Below are positions 15,601 through 27,700 of a DNA stretch of 64,000 nt, in pieces. The stretch comes from Tubiluchus corallicola (lineage: Eukaryota > Animalia > Priapulida). A model generated the notes under the pieces. It ran no database searches, had not been told where the DNA came from, and was given only the letters and a program-made list of their open reading frames with translations. Position 1 is the first letter of the stretch. Every line of letters begins with the position of its first letter. A program made the position numbers and the translations under genes. The stretch is taken from contig JAQGDQ010000002.1 of the NCBI GenBank assembly GCA_030141605.1, forward strand, positions 2,480,001-2,544,000. The letters are read 5' to 3'.

Positions 15601-17207
15601 GACAATGTACACCCTTGCAGTGTTTTAGGTGGTCTTTAGAGATCAGAGAGCGAGAAATTAGTAAAATGTAAGCCCAATCATAAAACATTAATTCAAATGT
15701 AAAAATGACATGACTGTAATTATTCACCCAGCTAGGCATTAAATGGTGAATCCGATCTGCACTAATGAGTTTACAGCTAGTGGGAATAAGTTCACATTGA
15801 GACGTGTGCATCTCTGTCCATTAACTAATTTTAAAGTATAAGGTTGTTGTGGAAAAATGTGAAATTGCATCCCAGCATTACAAGTCTCTGAATTTTAGTA
15901 TTCATTGAAACCCAGTTAGTTCTTACACCAATGTAATTCATATAATATGCTTAATATTATGAATTAATGTTTTGGGATAGGTTGAAACCTAATTCATTCC
16001 CTAGTAAATAATGCTATCTTAGATTACAAAAAATGAAAACAATCTTGAAAAGCAGGCCGCATAATTATATAGGACACAGACTGAGAAAAGCATCTAAAAG
16101 ACAAAATAATGTAATTCATATAATATGCTTAATATTATGAATTAATGTTTTGGGATAGGTTGAAACCTAATTCATTCCCTAGTAAATAATGCTATCTTAG
16201 ATTACAAAAAATGAAAAAAATCTTAAAAAGCAGGCCACATAATTATATAGGACACAGACTGCGAAAAGTATCTAAAAGACAAAATACTTATAAGCTTACT
16301 ATAGGCATATAGGTTTATACTTGCTCGGTACAACATATTATATTATGTTACATATTACATATATGGTAATTGCAATAGTAACAGTATATAAATGCAAGAC
16401 GTCAAGATTTAATAACCTTTACTAATAAATATATGTGTCTAGCAAGACACGAGCCGAATGGATTTGTGTTTTCACTGAGTAAACATGCAAATACTTTTAG
16501 ACACACTTTTTTTACTGTTTCAGAAAATAAGAAGAAATAATGATGTGCTTTTGCTTTTGTAAGCATGTATAAGACCTTGTCAGAACATTGATGAGAATGT
16601 TTTAAAAAGTGTAAAAAGTACTAAAGTGGTTTAGTGAATTAAATTTAACAGCAGGTGTTACCACCAACTTTAAAATCAATTTTCTGTACAAGAAACACTT
16701 TAATTGCAGCCAGTTAGAAGAGGTGGTGCAGTATATAAGCAAGTCTTGAACACTGAAAGTGTGTTCAAGACTGTGTGTTCAGTGTGTTCACTGAAAGCAA
16801 GTCTTGAACACTTTCAGAAATCTTGATTTCTTAAATTTTAAATAGAATTATTTGCCCTAAAAATAATCACGTTTTGCATTTAAAATGAAAAATTCATTTG
16901 CCCTTGGAGGGCAATTCATTTGCACTGCCACCTAGCAGACCTCTCCCATAACCACACGCCTATGGTTAAAAATTAGGAAAAACAATGATAAAGTAAGAAA
17001 ATACACAAAAGTGAGATGGTGACCAATAATTCATACCACTAATTCAGCAAATTTTGCGTTTAATTCTTCTTCGTCGGGCATTGGCAAGTTTTGGTCGAAT
17101 GTCTGCAACATGACTGGTCGGCTGCTGTCCGGACTGCCCAGGACAATTTCTGGAGGACGATAGCCTCCGAAGCAGCATAACAACCGATTCTGCTTCTTCT
17201 GCGGCAT
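304..17207 (-). CDS. DAAM: DAAM-family formin (Dishevelled-associated activator of morphogenesis); 17 coding exons in window, 3' end (rest of FH2, DAD) beyond the left edge
   Basis: Hand-spliced exons, all GT-AG with consistent phases: 17207-17037, 15089-15000, 14389-14321, 13838-13738, 13010-12887, 12364-12167, 11493-11279, 10632-10448, 9934-9802, 9577-9451, 8037-7915, 6275-6152, 5947-5835, 5616-5515, 4639-4454, 1358-1163, 641-304 (2595 nt, 865 codons). DAAM-like motifs: N-terminal [51 protein letters not shown], polyproline FH1, [42 protein letters not shown]. Confidence 0.95.
674..903 (+). mobile_element. probable 5'-truncated tRNA-derived SINE in a DAAM intron
   Basis: Pol III B-box GGTTCGATAC at 694-703; GC-richer body; flanked by the 8-bp direct repeat TACTTTAT (666-673 and 904-911), a likely TSD. 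Confidence 0.45.
1163..1358 (-). CDS. DAAM: DAAM FH2 exon ([11 protein letters not shown]...KPKVN)
   Basis: overlaps ORF 1155..1346; AG/GT flanks. Confidence 0.93.
1609..3651 (+). CDS. FMO: flavin-containing monooxygenase (soluble FMO, GS-OX/senecionine-N-oxygenase-like), 2 exons 1609-1729 and 2417-3651, 451 aa; nested antisense in a DAAM intron
   Basis: FAD motif VIGAGPAG; IG|GVW joined across a GT-AG intron (1730-2416); FMO signature [12 protein letters not shown]; NADPH-site [11 protein letters not shown]; FCTGY motif. Confidence 0.93.
4454..4639 (-). CDS. DAAM: DAAM FH2 exon (…[22 protein letters not shown]…DLAEQ)
   Basis: conserved FH2 motif; AG/GT flanks. Confidence 0.93.
5515..5616 (-). 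CDS. DAAM: DAAM FH2 exon ([13 protein letters not shown]...FSAYQK)
   Basis: conserved GTVW motif; AG/GT flanks. Confidence 0.92.
5835..5947 (-). CDS. DAAM: DAAM FH1/FH2 boundary exon (PPPPPSGP...[11 protein letters not shown])
   Basis: FH2 lasso W motif; AG/GT flanks. Confidence 0.93.
6152..6275 (-). CDS. DAAM: DAAM FH1 polyproline exon
   Basis: CCA/CCT runs giving [25 protein letters not shown]; AG/GT flanks. Confidence 0.9.
7915..8037 (-). CDS. DAAM: DAAM coiled-coil exon ([17 protein letters not shown]...EQLAG)
   Basis: phase 0-0, GTGAGT donor. Confidence 0.85.
9451..9577 (-). CDS. DAAM: DAAM coiled-coil exon ([15 protein letters not shown]...)
   Basis: phase 2-0, AG/GT flanks. Confidence 0.88.
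9802..9934 (-). CDS. DAAM: DAAM FH3 exon ([22 protein letters not shown]...)
   Basis: conserved motif, AG/GT flanks. Confidence 0.92.
10448..10632 (-). CDS. DAAM: DAAM FH3 exon (HIDFFEMVR...HSLLLP)
   Basis: inside ORF 10419..10664; AG/GT flanks. Confidence 0.93.
11279..11493 (-). CDS. DAAM: DAAM FH3 exon ([11 protein letters not shown]...HENSTLD)
   Basis: conserved motif, AG/GT flanks. Confidence 0.93.
12167..12364 (-). CDS. DAAM: DAAM exon ([10 protein letters not shown]...ERTRFQ)
   Basis: inside ORF 12104..12469; AG/GT flanks. Confidence 0.93.
12887..13010 (-). CDS. DAAM: DAAM exon ([11 protein letters not shown]...[11 protein letters not shown])
   Basis: conserved motif, AG/GT flanks. 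Confidence 0.92.
13738..13838 (-). CDS. DAAM: DAAM GBD exon (LLFPRDEDE...[14 protein letters not shown])
   Basis: conserved motif, AG/GT flanks. Confidence 0.92.
14321..14389 (-). CDS. DAAM: DAAM GBD exon ([23 protein letters not shown])
   Basis: ctttgtag acceptor, GTAAGT donor. Confidence 0.88.
15000..15089 (-). CDS. DAAM: DAAM GBD exon ([30 protein letters not shown])
   Basis: AG/GT flanks, phase 0-0. Confidence 0.92.
15931..16286. repeat. 178-bp tandem duplication (2 copies, about 5 substitutions)
   Basis: 15931-16108 repeated at 16109-16286. Confidence 0.92.
17037..17207 (-). CDS. DAAM: DAAM exon carrying the conserved start ([15 protein letters not shown]...FAELV); acceptor at 17221
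   Basis: cattgcag|ATTCTTCTGAAGACATG; donor GTG|GTATGA. Confidence 0.9.
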
Positions 17208-20141
17208 GTCTTCAGAAGAATCTGCAATGAAAAAATATGGCTATAGTAAGAAAATTAGCAATTATAATCAAGGTATAAGGTTCCAGTTGTAAGGCATTGT
17301 AGTTGCCAAGCTATTTTATATGTGCAAAAATGCTTCAGTGATAAGTTATAAACTCAAATATAATCGATATTTGAGTTTATAACTCACGTGATGAATGTGA
17401 GAGGGATGAGAGTGACATGATACAAGTTACAGCAACGTTTGACTTTTGAACAATTTTATAAATAATTTGAAGTCACTGAAGTGCGTTACTCAAAATTTAA
17501 GATTTAAAGATTGTTAATTTATACATATTTTTAATTCTGATTCATCGGAACTAGCAATGGCTTGCAGTATCTGAGCTTTGTGTAATTAGTTGTAATTATA
17601 TCAAAGCCAAACGCATATGAATTTTCACATATTCGTGTGTTCTAATATGGTATATAAATGGAACATCAAAAACAATCAAATTAATTAACCCGTGTTTATA
17701 AAACCATTCAGGGAGGTGTAATAATTGTAGAATTGACGCCAGAAACTGGTACAGTCCAGTTAATTGCAGATGTTTCCAAATCTCAGTTCATTCCGAGAAA
17801 CTAAAATCTTTCATATTGCAGGTTTTCTGCAACTAGTAAAACCTGACTGCAAAAACCGAATTATAAAATCGCATTTAATCATACATAAACAACAACAAAG
17901 GTAGAAAAACAAAGCAAGCACACCTGCAGACTACCGTCCTGCAAGTATAGCGCATGCGCATGTACTATTTTAATCATGTAGCAATAATGAATCAGCATAT
18001 GCCAAATACCGCACCTTTGTATTGCTTTCCGTCTGTTAAGCAAAATAACTAACTATTCGGCTACGTTTTTGGAGACAACCTAAATATTTTCACAAATTTT
18101 GGGGTTAACAACAATATTTTCACTCTTATAATTAGTATACAAGTTTACTGCAATGTGTCATTGTTTACATGCATCTTTAAAATACACACAGGATATCAAG
18201 GCTACTTTTAGGCGATACTACTGGGTTTTAAATACTTTTGTACTTTAACTCCTGATGTTATTTAACTTAATGATTTTAAGGTTTATTCTCAGGAATTATT
18301 TTATATCCACTTTATACATTTTATAATTTTATGTAAATTTATTATCTTAGTGTTTAATGTCTGAACTGTAATTATTGTAAAGCGTTCTATAGGTTTTACA
18401 CGTCAAATGTAGACACAGGAAAGTTCAAATGTGACTTAGGTAAGTTATACACATAAGAATTTCAAATGTGTTTTGGTAACTTAAGTGTGACTTAGGTAAG
18501 TCAAATGTAGATGCAGTACTTTGAATAAATCGGTAATTAACGCATTTAAGTGCAAACTATAAAAAGATAAACCAAAGATAGTCATCACTTCTTTCATGAC
18601 TTTGAAAAATGCATTGTTTATCCTCAAACGAAATTCTTTGATAAACCATAATGTCGGCAGAAAAGAATAAATTGGTTCCCACTTCCCAATGAACAGTGAA
18701 TCACTAACTAGTTTTTTTAAGTAATGCATTAGTACGCAACGCCGGAAAGCAATATACCATATCGAAATGAATTTTTTTCACAAACGACGATTTGTTCTAA
18801 GACCATAGGAAACACCTGCCAGGGAGGCGGAAGTAGTGTCTATTTTAAAAAGAGATCGTTGTACTGAGACGACCAAACATACTCAGCAATTAGATCTTCT
18901 TCTTGAACTACTTTCAAAAACTATTAACGTTATTTGCAAGCGCTTCCGTTTCTATTATCTGTTTCGCGTCGAAATTGAAAGAAGACATTGTTCTCTGTAC
19001 TTTTATTTTTATTCTGTTTATTTCACATAATCCACGTAACAATAAGAAATCAAAAGTTATAAACTATAGGTAAGATAAATATATAAAATTTCGAGACAAT
19101 ACAGGACAAAATTTGAATAATGAATAAAATGAAGCGACCAGAAAGAGATTAGTTGTAGTTTAAAAGTTTTTTTGAAAGATTGAAAGTTTGGGACAATAAA
19201 TTAAAAATTTGACATTTTCACTGAAACGGACACAAGAGGTGAATGGGTTTCATTCTCTAGCAAATATTAAAATTAGCTGAATGGATGATAAAATATGCAG
19301 TCAAGTAAACAGTCGCATGATGAAACAGTCGTGCGAAGACGTTTATTTACTAATGAAGTTAAATAAACATTAAACAAAGTAAACATCTACACACAGTCAT
19401 CCTTTAGCCCAGGTTGGATAGAAACAATATATTTAAAAGGCCTTTAATTTGCTACAAAAGTCACACAGTTCAGTATCATCACCCAGAAGAAAGGTAACTT
19501 AGACTAATTAGTAACAAATTGTCTATTAGGCCTACAAATCATCAGCAAATAACAGGGTCCCCTTACATCACGAGAATGAAAGGCTTGTTTAAATGGAATT
19601 GGGATCAATAATAAACAATAAGAGTAAAAAACTGATGTGCGAATACTGTGAAAACTTTAATCAACTCACAACTAGTAATCGACTACTGATAAAATGTGAC
19701 ATAACACCCAAACATTTGTCGTCAAATCCGCCAAATGTCATAAGTTTTGAAAGCAGTCACTCCAAGATCAATTAAGGCACTGGTCTTACCTATCAGATTA
19801 AGTAATGGACTAAATGAACAAAAATCAGTAATTTGTAAAATTTTCAACTATTAATAAATAACATATCTTCTTCTATATTTTGGAAACAGAAATTTTAGGT
19901 TGGCTATCAAAAATATCCGAAATTTTCCGAACACATATGGAGGAAATTGAGATGCATTTACATTAGATCATGCAGGAGGATAATCCTGCTTATATACTAC
20001 GTAACTACAATGTTTAAAGGCAAAACCAGGCAAATATATTTCTTTTCAGTAGAAAATTTCATTTGAAGCTAATTTATTTCAAGAAATATGATCAATGACT
20101 ACATTCCACACTCCACAGTACAAAAATGATGACAAGATTAC

Positions 20142-20226
20142 CTTCTACTATCTTTATCGTAGACCCGGTGATGTCACGGGAGTCCTCAGTAATAACTGCG
20201 TTTCTCTTTTTCCTCAAATTATTCAT
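20142..20226 (-). CDS. DAAM: candidate alternative first coding exon of DAAM (MNNLRKKRNAVITEDSRDITGSTIKIVE)
   Basis: ATG, 28 open codons, then G|GTAATC phase-1 donor; splices in frame to the 17221 acceptor (G+AT=Asp, then SSEDMPQ). Confidence 0.45.
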
Positions 20227-22533
20227 TTTCACATTTAGTCTATAATACGATATTTAAACACATCGTCGACAATTTTAAATTTGTTTAAAGTTTATATTAT
20301 AAAAGTCACTTCGGGCACAAACAGATGGTGCCATAAGATAATTGTCTACCAGCTAGAGATCGATATAAAGTATAAATACGCATTTTGACATACATATACT
20401 ACATATAAACAATGTAAATTTGCATATGTTAGTTAAGTGTCTTTATAAAAAATTTCGACCAATTTTCTTGCAACCAAGTCATTGTTACACTTCAGTACTA
20501 AGCTGATTCACAGAAAACTGCAACTTAATTGAACACTCAACAACATCATTACCGTGAATAAAGAGTTTATGTTTAAATATTCAGTCTATTTAAAGACCTA
20601 GATATGCGAGAGAATTAAATTTCACTCAATGTCAAAACATGGAAGACCATTAGCGTTTTTGCAGCACTAGAAATCACATGATCCGGCGCCACAACTAAAC
20701 AACTGCTGCCCAAAACTGTTGAATAAGTTATTAGCAAGATGACTTGAAAAACTCGAAATCAAATAAACACTTGCAAGACGCAGCAATAAGTCAGATTATA
20801 AAGTCAAGAGCCCGGCGAACTACTACGTAGCGATCCTTTACACGAGATTTCGCGAATAGTGGGCAAGCAATCGCTCAAAACGTGTCAATAATGAGGAACT
20901 AAATAGCGAAGTGTAACGTACACCCTTAGGCTTATTACAGAGGGAAAGGTTCATGTATGAGCAAAGAACACTAGCGATTCTTAGTCAAATAAATGTGTAA
21001 AGGTATACAGGTGGTTTGCCGAGATCAAAGCCTAACGCCTTGAGCAACATACCGAGAATTATTATGTACAAACAATGCTGGAGAGGTGATGTACACATTA
21101 GCTTTGCCAGCTACATAAAACATATCGCGTTAAACAATACGAAAACAGTAATATTGTAACACAAAGATAGCACGAGTTCTTGCTATTAGTCACGGTTGAC
21201 GACTTTGTGGGTAGCTTTAAAATGAAAATTAGTATTGTGCATCTATTTAAACATGAACCATACAATAACTGCAACTTACAAAAAAGTAAATATAGTACAC
21301 TACATCACACAATACAAAAGCTGGCCGACACCCATTTTTAAGCATAAATTCCATTGAACTAGGTAACAAATTGCACAATACTATGCCGCAAAAAATTGCG
21401 TTTCAAAATGAGTTTAGAATAAGAATTCGCGTCATAGGATCCATTAAGCCTAAATTAAAAACATTTTAAAAATTGAACTGGTCAAATTTTTATAACTAGT
21501 AGTCAAACCTACAAACATAATCTAAATGAACATGTTACTAAAAACTTCACTTTCTGGGAACATTTAAAATTGCCATGAACGATTTCATAGTAAGGGAAAA
21601 CTTAAACTGCCTCAGCGAAAAGGAGTCCGATCGCCAAAATATTTCAGCACAAAACACGTGAAAAGCCGAGACTGATCTATGGATTAAACTGTACTTGCTG
21701 ACAACCAGTATACTTGCAGCAAAGCTAAAAACAAAAGCTGCTGCTTAATGGAAAATAAACATATCCAGCCTCAAAGTCTAAATACTCACTTAAGTCAGGT
21801 CAACTGAACACAAAAAGTGTTCTAGTTTAACACAGCTATGTTCTCTGACAGGTGTAGGTTGATAAACTAACTACATTACTTAGTGAAAATCGTTTCTTTA
21901 TAACAACGGTAAACAGCAGCTATGCAATTAGAGAAATTAAATGGATGAATTAGATCGTAAACAGCATAATATGTTGTTCCAGATTGAACATTAACATTTT
22001 TTCGTTAATTTAAATTTCACTTTAAACGATCAGTCGCACTGTCATGTCTTATTTTAGGTACGCTATTCAATTTTCGATTTCTGACGCCCACGCACGCCTG
22101 TAACAGAGTTCCTGTAGATGGTTCAGAAGGATTTACTTATTGCGCTAGGATTTACCCATAGATCAGTAAAAAAAAAACTTCGTTGATGAAATATAGTAAT
22201 CAAGTAGTAACATAATTCGAGTACAAATACTGTAATAGTTGAAACAACAATAAAAAGGATTAAGTTGCTTTATAAATGCATCAATACTGATATTTTATCC
22301 CTTTAAACTGTTCTGTTTGGTCGAATATAGATGGCAGTAATGTCGCAAATAAACATTTACAGATGGATAACATCTGCGCCACCGCAGATACAATTATGAA
22401 ACATGTACTTCGAGATAAGTCTTTGACTCCCACAGCCGCGAGTCAGGACTTACTCGCTTAAAAATTCCATTTATGCTGCAAAAAGCGCTTTCTATATTTT
22501 AAATTTTAAGGTTTAATGAGAATGGTGATATGG

Positions 22534-23029
22534 TTAAAGGGAAACAGGATGATTTTTCACATCTTATCACATTGTAAACTACGGTAAAAAGTATACATAT
22601 TAACACCTATAACAGTAACACCGTTTCTGATAATTAAATAATATGTTAAAAACGTAATTAACGGCGGATGACAAGTGTTAACATCACAAGTGAACACACT
22701 TTTTAACAGCCCAAACAGCCCAAGTGTTTACAAAAGCAAAAATTGAAGTACAGTGCTACAGTACAACATTCAGTGTGATATACAAAGGCACGACAAATTT
22801 TAAGCTAAAATTCAAATTTCAAGTTTACCTCAGCGCTCACGCATAACCTCTCGCACGTATACACTACGTCACAACTGAACAACTCTTAACTGAGAGGTGC
22901 GGCACCTATTTTTGTGCAACACGTTTCCGAGATAATAATATCGCTGCAGAGAAATTTTCAGACGCCATTCACTCGAAAATTATGACGTAAGTGGTGAACT
23001 TGTCGTACGGGCATCGTGGCTTTCTTTAA
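22534..23029. mobile_element. Kolobok-type non-autonomous DNA transposon (MITE)
   Basis: TTAA|AGGGAAACAGGATG start and imperfect inverted end CATCGTGGCTTTCT|TTAA; first ~300 bp homologous to an inverted copy at 41379-41692. Confidence 0.6.
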
Positions 23030-24340
23030 ATGCACGCTGCTTAAACTAATTCAAACTTTTACAGCTTATCTAATATTCATGCAAAAATATCGCAAAATTA
23101 GCTACATAATTTTTCGTAAAAACTTATACTTTTGACGGAAACTGACAATGAGCTGTTTTTCTACAGCCGATGAACGATGTCATTGGTGAAAAAATGGGTG
23201 TTCAAAATGGGAAAAAGCAAGCGTCAAATGATTGGGACTTATAAAGTGATTTTACTAATTACACGAGGCACTTATTACATTTTTTTAACTAAATCCTTCT
23301 AACATTTTTGCGAACAATGAAATAAGCCTAACTTTACAGAAGGTTCTGCCTTTTCTTTGAGGTTTTTAGATTTGCTGTTCTAGCTACACTGGAAATCCCA
23401 ATATACAGTAAAACACAAGTAAACATCAAACTACATTGCTGTTCACAAACAACAATGTCCAAGCAAGCTTGTTCAAGTTCATGCTGTTGGTGCTGGGGGA
23501 AGCTGAAGTAAGGAAGCAAAGAGGTGATTTCATGCAGCTGATTGTTTGCTTGTTACAGACAGGTGCGAATCACGTGACATTCCTACAATTAATAAATAAT
23601 CAGCAAACTAATCAAGTGTAATTAATCATGTTTCGCCAAAAGTAATTAATACTTGGCAACCAAGCGAAAAAATTGGACCACCAGAAACAATCGAGTGATC
23701 ATAGTGTGAGCTAGGCTACAAAAGTTAAGCAGCACACGACCTAGTTCGTAAATCTAGAAAGTAAATAGATGGTCGCTTGACGGTTTCATCTGCCGGGCTG
23801 CCTCTGTGTATTTAAATATTCGAAGGTGCTAAGACAGTTTTGCGAGCTGAGTGTTTCAGTTCTGAAGGTTATGCTTAGTTAATGAGCTAGGTCTGGTCTA
23901 GCCGCAACTGTTCGATATTAAAGTAGATCCTACCACTGAATGCTCCGGCTAGCAGTGCTTTGATGTAGTGAAGTAAAATTAATTTTCTCGTGAATAGCAT
24001 AGACTTAAATGCCAGATTTCCTCATACAATTAAAATTTTCAATAAAAATTAGAAATTTTTGACATCTACAGATTACCGCAGATGAAGTCGTAAGGTAATA
24101 GCGCGTTATAATTCTTTGAGCTTTTGCAAATGTGTAAATGGCCTTTCACAAACCTCCAGTACAAAAACACATGCCTATGGAAAAGTTGTTACAAGGACAA
24201 ACCGTAGTCCTTTGTTATGTTTGCTAAAACCCCCTAAGAAACGTATAAACATAAAAATTATTAAATTTCAAGACACAACGTGAAAGAATAATGCATAAAT
24301 CACCAGCATATTACAATTTCGCGCTTATTGCGAATTTTCG

Positions 24341-24342
<2 letters not shown>

Positions 24343-24375
<33 letters not shown>

Positions 24376-24388
24376 GATAGATAGATAG
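24343..24388. repeat. (TA)n/(TAGA)n microsatellite
   Basis: seen directly. Confidence 0.9.
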
Positions 24389-24635
24389 TAAGCGCCCTCT
24401 GCAGGTGTAAGACTGCTTTCTCTACAGCGGTTTAACAGCGAGAAGGTAAAATAGGTGCAAAAGGTAATCACAAAGAACCTACAACAGGTGCTTGCAAGTC
24501 GCTAATGCCCAAATTTACACAAAGAAAATGTAGAAAAACCAGCAATAAAAAGTACGATTAATTATTGATTAAGACAACTTCAAGGCAAGAAGGCAAGTGT
24601 TATATATATATGGACAGCATGACATATTTTCCTAC

Positions 24636-24765
24636 CTGATGCATCACTGTACCCCCTTTGCCGACCACATGGACAACGGAGTGGCTTCGGCATGACCGTC
24701 AACATCCGGTAGCGCCATTTGCTTTCACTTCGACGCAGTCTTCTCCTCCTACTTTCGCTATTCAT
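24636..24765 (-). CDS. DAAM: candidate alternative first coding exon of DAAM (MNSESRRRRLRRSESKWRYRMLTVMPKPLRCPCGRQRGYSDAS)
   Basis: locally GC-richer; ATG, 43 codons, then CAG|GTAGGA phase-1 donor; in frame with the 17221 acceptor. Confidence 0.5.
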
Positions 24766-27700
24766 TGTTAATTGATTTCGTTAAACACCAGACGAATCGC
24801 TACCAAAACCAACAATTATTCACTAAGACAGACCTTTGTCTTAAGAGTTTTATGCAATTTTCACGAGTTCAAAATGCAATATTTCTGTTACTAAAAGCAG
24901 CCAAATAAACGAATAGGCCTTGAGGTGTATTCTACAATATACGTGCAGGCAAATATTTGACAAAGTTACACGTTTGCCATTTCTTGTATTTGCACAGTCG
25001 CTTTTTTTCTACAGAGAGGCGGTTTACAGAAACTAGAATTCAGTTCTCAGAGTTACACGCAGGATATCTTTATTCCTGTGATCCATTCTGCATGCGCACA
25101 AAAGGTAGGCAAAATGGACAACACCAAAATTTATATGTTCTTGTCCATATAAGCGATGTAAAGGACTATGTTTTTCGGAACACACTAGACTATAGCCTCC
25201 ATATATAATACACACAATGAATCTGCTTTAATTTAACTGTGTCCACATACAAATGACGCACATACCACACGCAGAATTGCTGCAGCAATTGTAATAGTTG
25301 ACTACAATAGAAATATTTAAATTGGTAAACAAACCAGAAAAGACCTTACACATAAATCAACCCTAGCAAAATTACGCATAAAGAAAAGCCGCCGTCCACC
25401 AACTCTTTAGAATGTCACGACGAATTTGAACAGAAAAACAAACACAATAAAATTGAAATTGCCTTCTTCTAAAACTTAAATGACTTTACAGGCACTTAAT
25501 ACAACTTCGCTGAATTTTGAACACATCGGAAACAAAACTGCAAGTAAATCAGAGTAAAAATAAATTTAGTAAAAATAAAATCGGAAGCGAAATACTGGTA
25601 GTCCTGAGAAACGCTAAGTTTCAATTTTCAAATCCACAGTCTCAATTATCTCCCTCACCAATGTTTGAGTTTGAAATAGCACAATATATGTTACACAAGC
25701 ACTTTTTTCCAGTTTTTGACAGCCATGACTCTGTTAACATTTTTAAGTTCACACACTAAAATACAGGATTTTATTCTGATCCAACCACTCAACACATTAG
25801 AGCCATACTTGGCAGGCTCATCAGTTACAATTGCTCAAAGCTCACGTCTCAAAACAGAGCAGATCATAATACAAAGCACTCAATTTACATACAGTGGTTA
25901 ACGATACTGACAAGGACAAGAAAAATCCATGCCCATTAGCATATACGTGTAGCTGCATCAAAAAATTGCACCGACAGCGACATGGCATAACTCACACTGA
26001 ACACAAGTTGCAGTACATTCTACAATACAAATAAAATCACGTAAATATACGATCTTCAACACAAAGAACTGTGATCAATAATCAATTTTATCACAGGTTA
26101 ATATGGCGACCGATTTTGAAGAACAGCAGATGATCAATATTTCCAATACGCTAGTTTGAAGGTGCACCAAAGTGACTTTGGACTTTACTGTGCGTTCGCT
26201 CCAACAAGATAACCAATCATATTCTGATACATCTTATTTAAGCAAACGATCATCGGAAATAAATCGACACGCATAACAATTGTATAACCCACAACTACCA
26301 AGTCAGCAAACACCGATATCTCTGTCATATATTAAATATTGTAAAAACATTAAGCAGTGTATATGTAAACTACTAAAATTAACGTTTAGGTACAAGAAAG
26401 TTGAAACAGGGACGAAATTCGAGCAAAACTATAGCAGCGGTCCTGGCATTTCATTCACAGACAGACACTGCTCATTTCTTGTAACAAAAATAAAATCAGC
26501 GGAAACACGGTCTAAAAACTTCATAAACACTGGAAACCAATGTGTCCATTCTAATTTCATCCCTGAGATTACGTTAACCCACGACTGTTATAATTAGATA
26601 TAGTGATAATCCGAACTCTATGTAGCTATTATCTCAAAATGCATACAACTGCACATTCTCGGCGATTTCTCTCAAGTATAACAGAGGAATCATCGTTGTT
26701 ACAACACTTGACATTTCACGCAGCTTCAGGTGTTTTCATTCCGAATTGCAATCACATCAATCAATCTCTAAAGCTCTTAATCAGTAACCAGTAACCAGCC
26801 GCCAAAAAAGTGCTTCTATTAAAAACTTACAATTACAACAACAAATGATGCTCCACGCCTTTGATGCTGATTTACGCAAGTCTAAATCTACTCGGCTACT
26901 TTCTTTCTGCACAACAGAGACGCCAGCGCAGAGAAATGCGCATAAATTTTTTAGTTATAGTGACGCAGGAAGATATAATGTGCCAGCACAGAAATAAAGA
27001 TTTGTGAAACATTGAAGCAATGCTCTGTACGTATTATATTTGATAAGTGCTTAAATACTTGTTTAGTAGCGTGGGTAAATGAAGGCTTTGAAGAGACAAT
27101 AAAACCGAAGAAAATAAGCTTGTACTAACCCTGGCGCCTAGTATTTTGTTTGTGTGTGAAGATAAAATTTTAATCGAGTAAAAACACAAGATTCTTGAAA
27201 ATGCAAGTGTTGTTTACTTTGTCGCAGTATTGAAATACCGTATTTGAAAATTAATAAATTTAAAAGTACATGGATTCACATTGCCAATCCTCGCTTACGC
27301 TGAATTAGCAGTGCTCAAGTTATTGCAAGTTTGACAGATCACAGCAAAATTTGTTGATCACAGCAGCGGCGGCGGCAGCAACAGCGAGAACATATAGAAT
27401 CGGTAATTTGAATATTAAGGCATATACCCAGTGCAACGCAAGACCTAGTAACAGCAACGTGCATGAAACTTATCATAGCTCAGGTGTTATGTCTTTAGCA
27501 TGGTGAACGCTTCCAGAAATCGAACACCAGGAAAACATCCCCCCAAAAATGTCAAAGAACATATCGTATCTGCGAGTAACAAAAGCTAGATGAAAAATCA
27601 TAAAAAATATTTCTAATAATAACACATTCGGATTTGTGAAAAAAAATTTAATACCTCCTAGCAAATGTGCATTCATTTTGATTTTTTGCAGTTCAAAATG

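Noticed and set aside
22829-22893. Inr-like TCAGTT plus GAG|GTAAAC donor as a DAAM first exon
   Set aside because: Lies inside the Kolobok-type MITE, and the donor-like GTAAA also occurs in the 41.4-kb copy, so it is probably TE sequence; exaptation is not excluded
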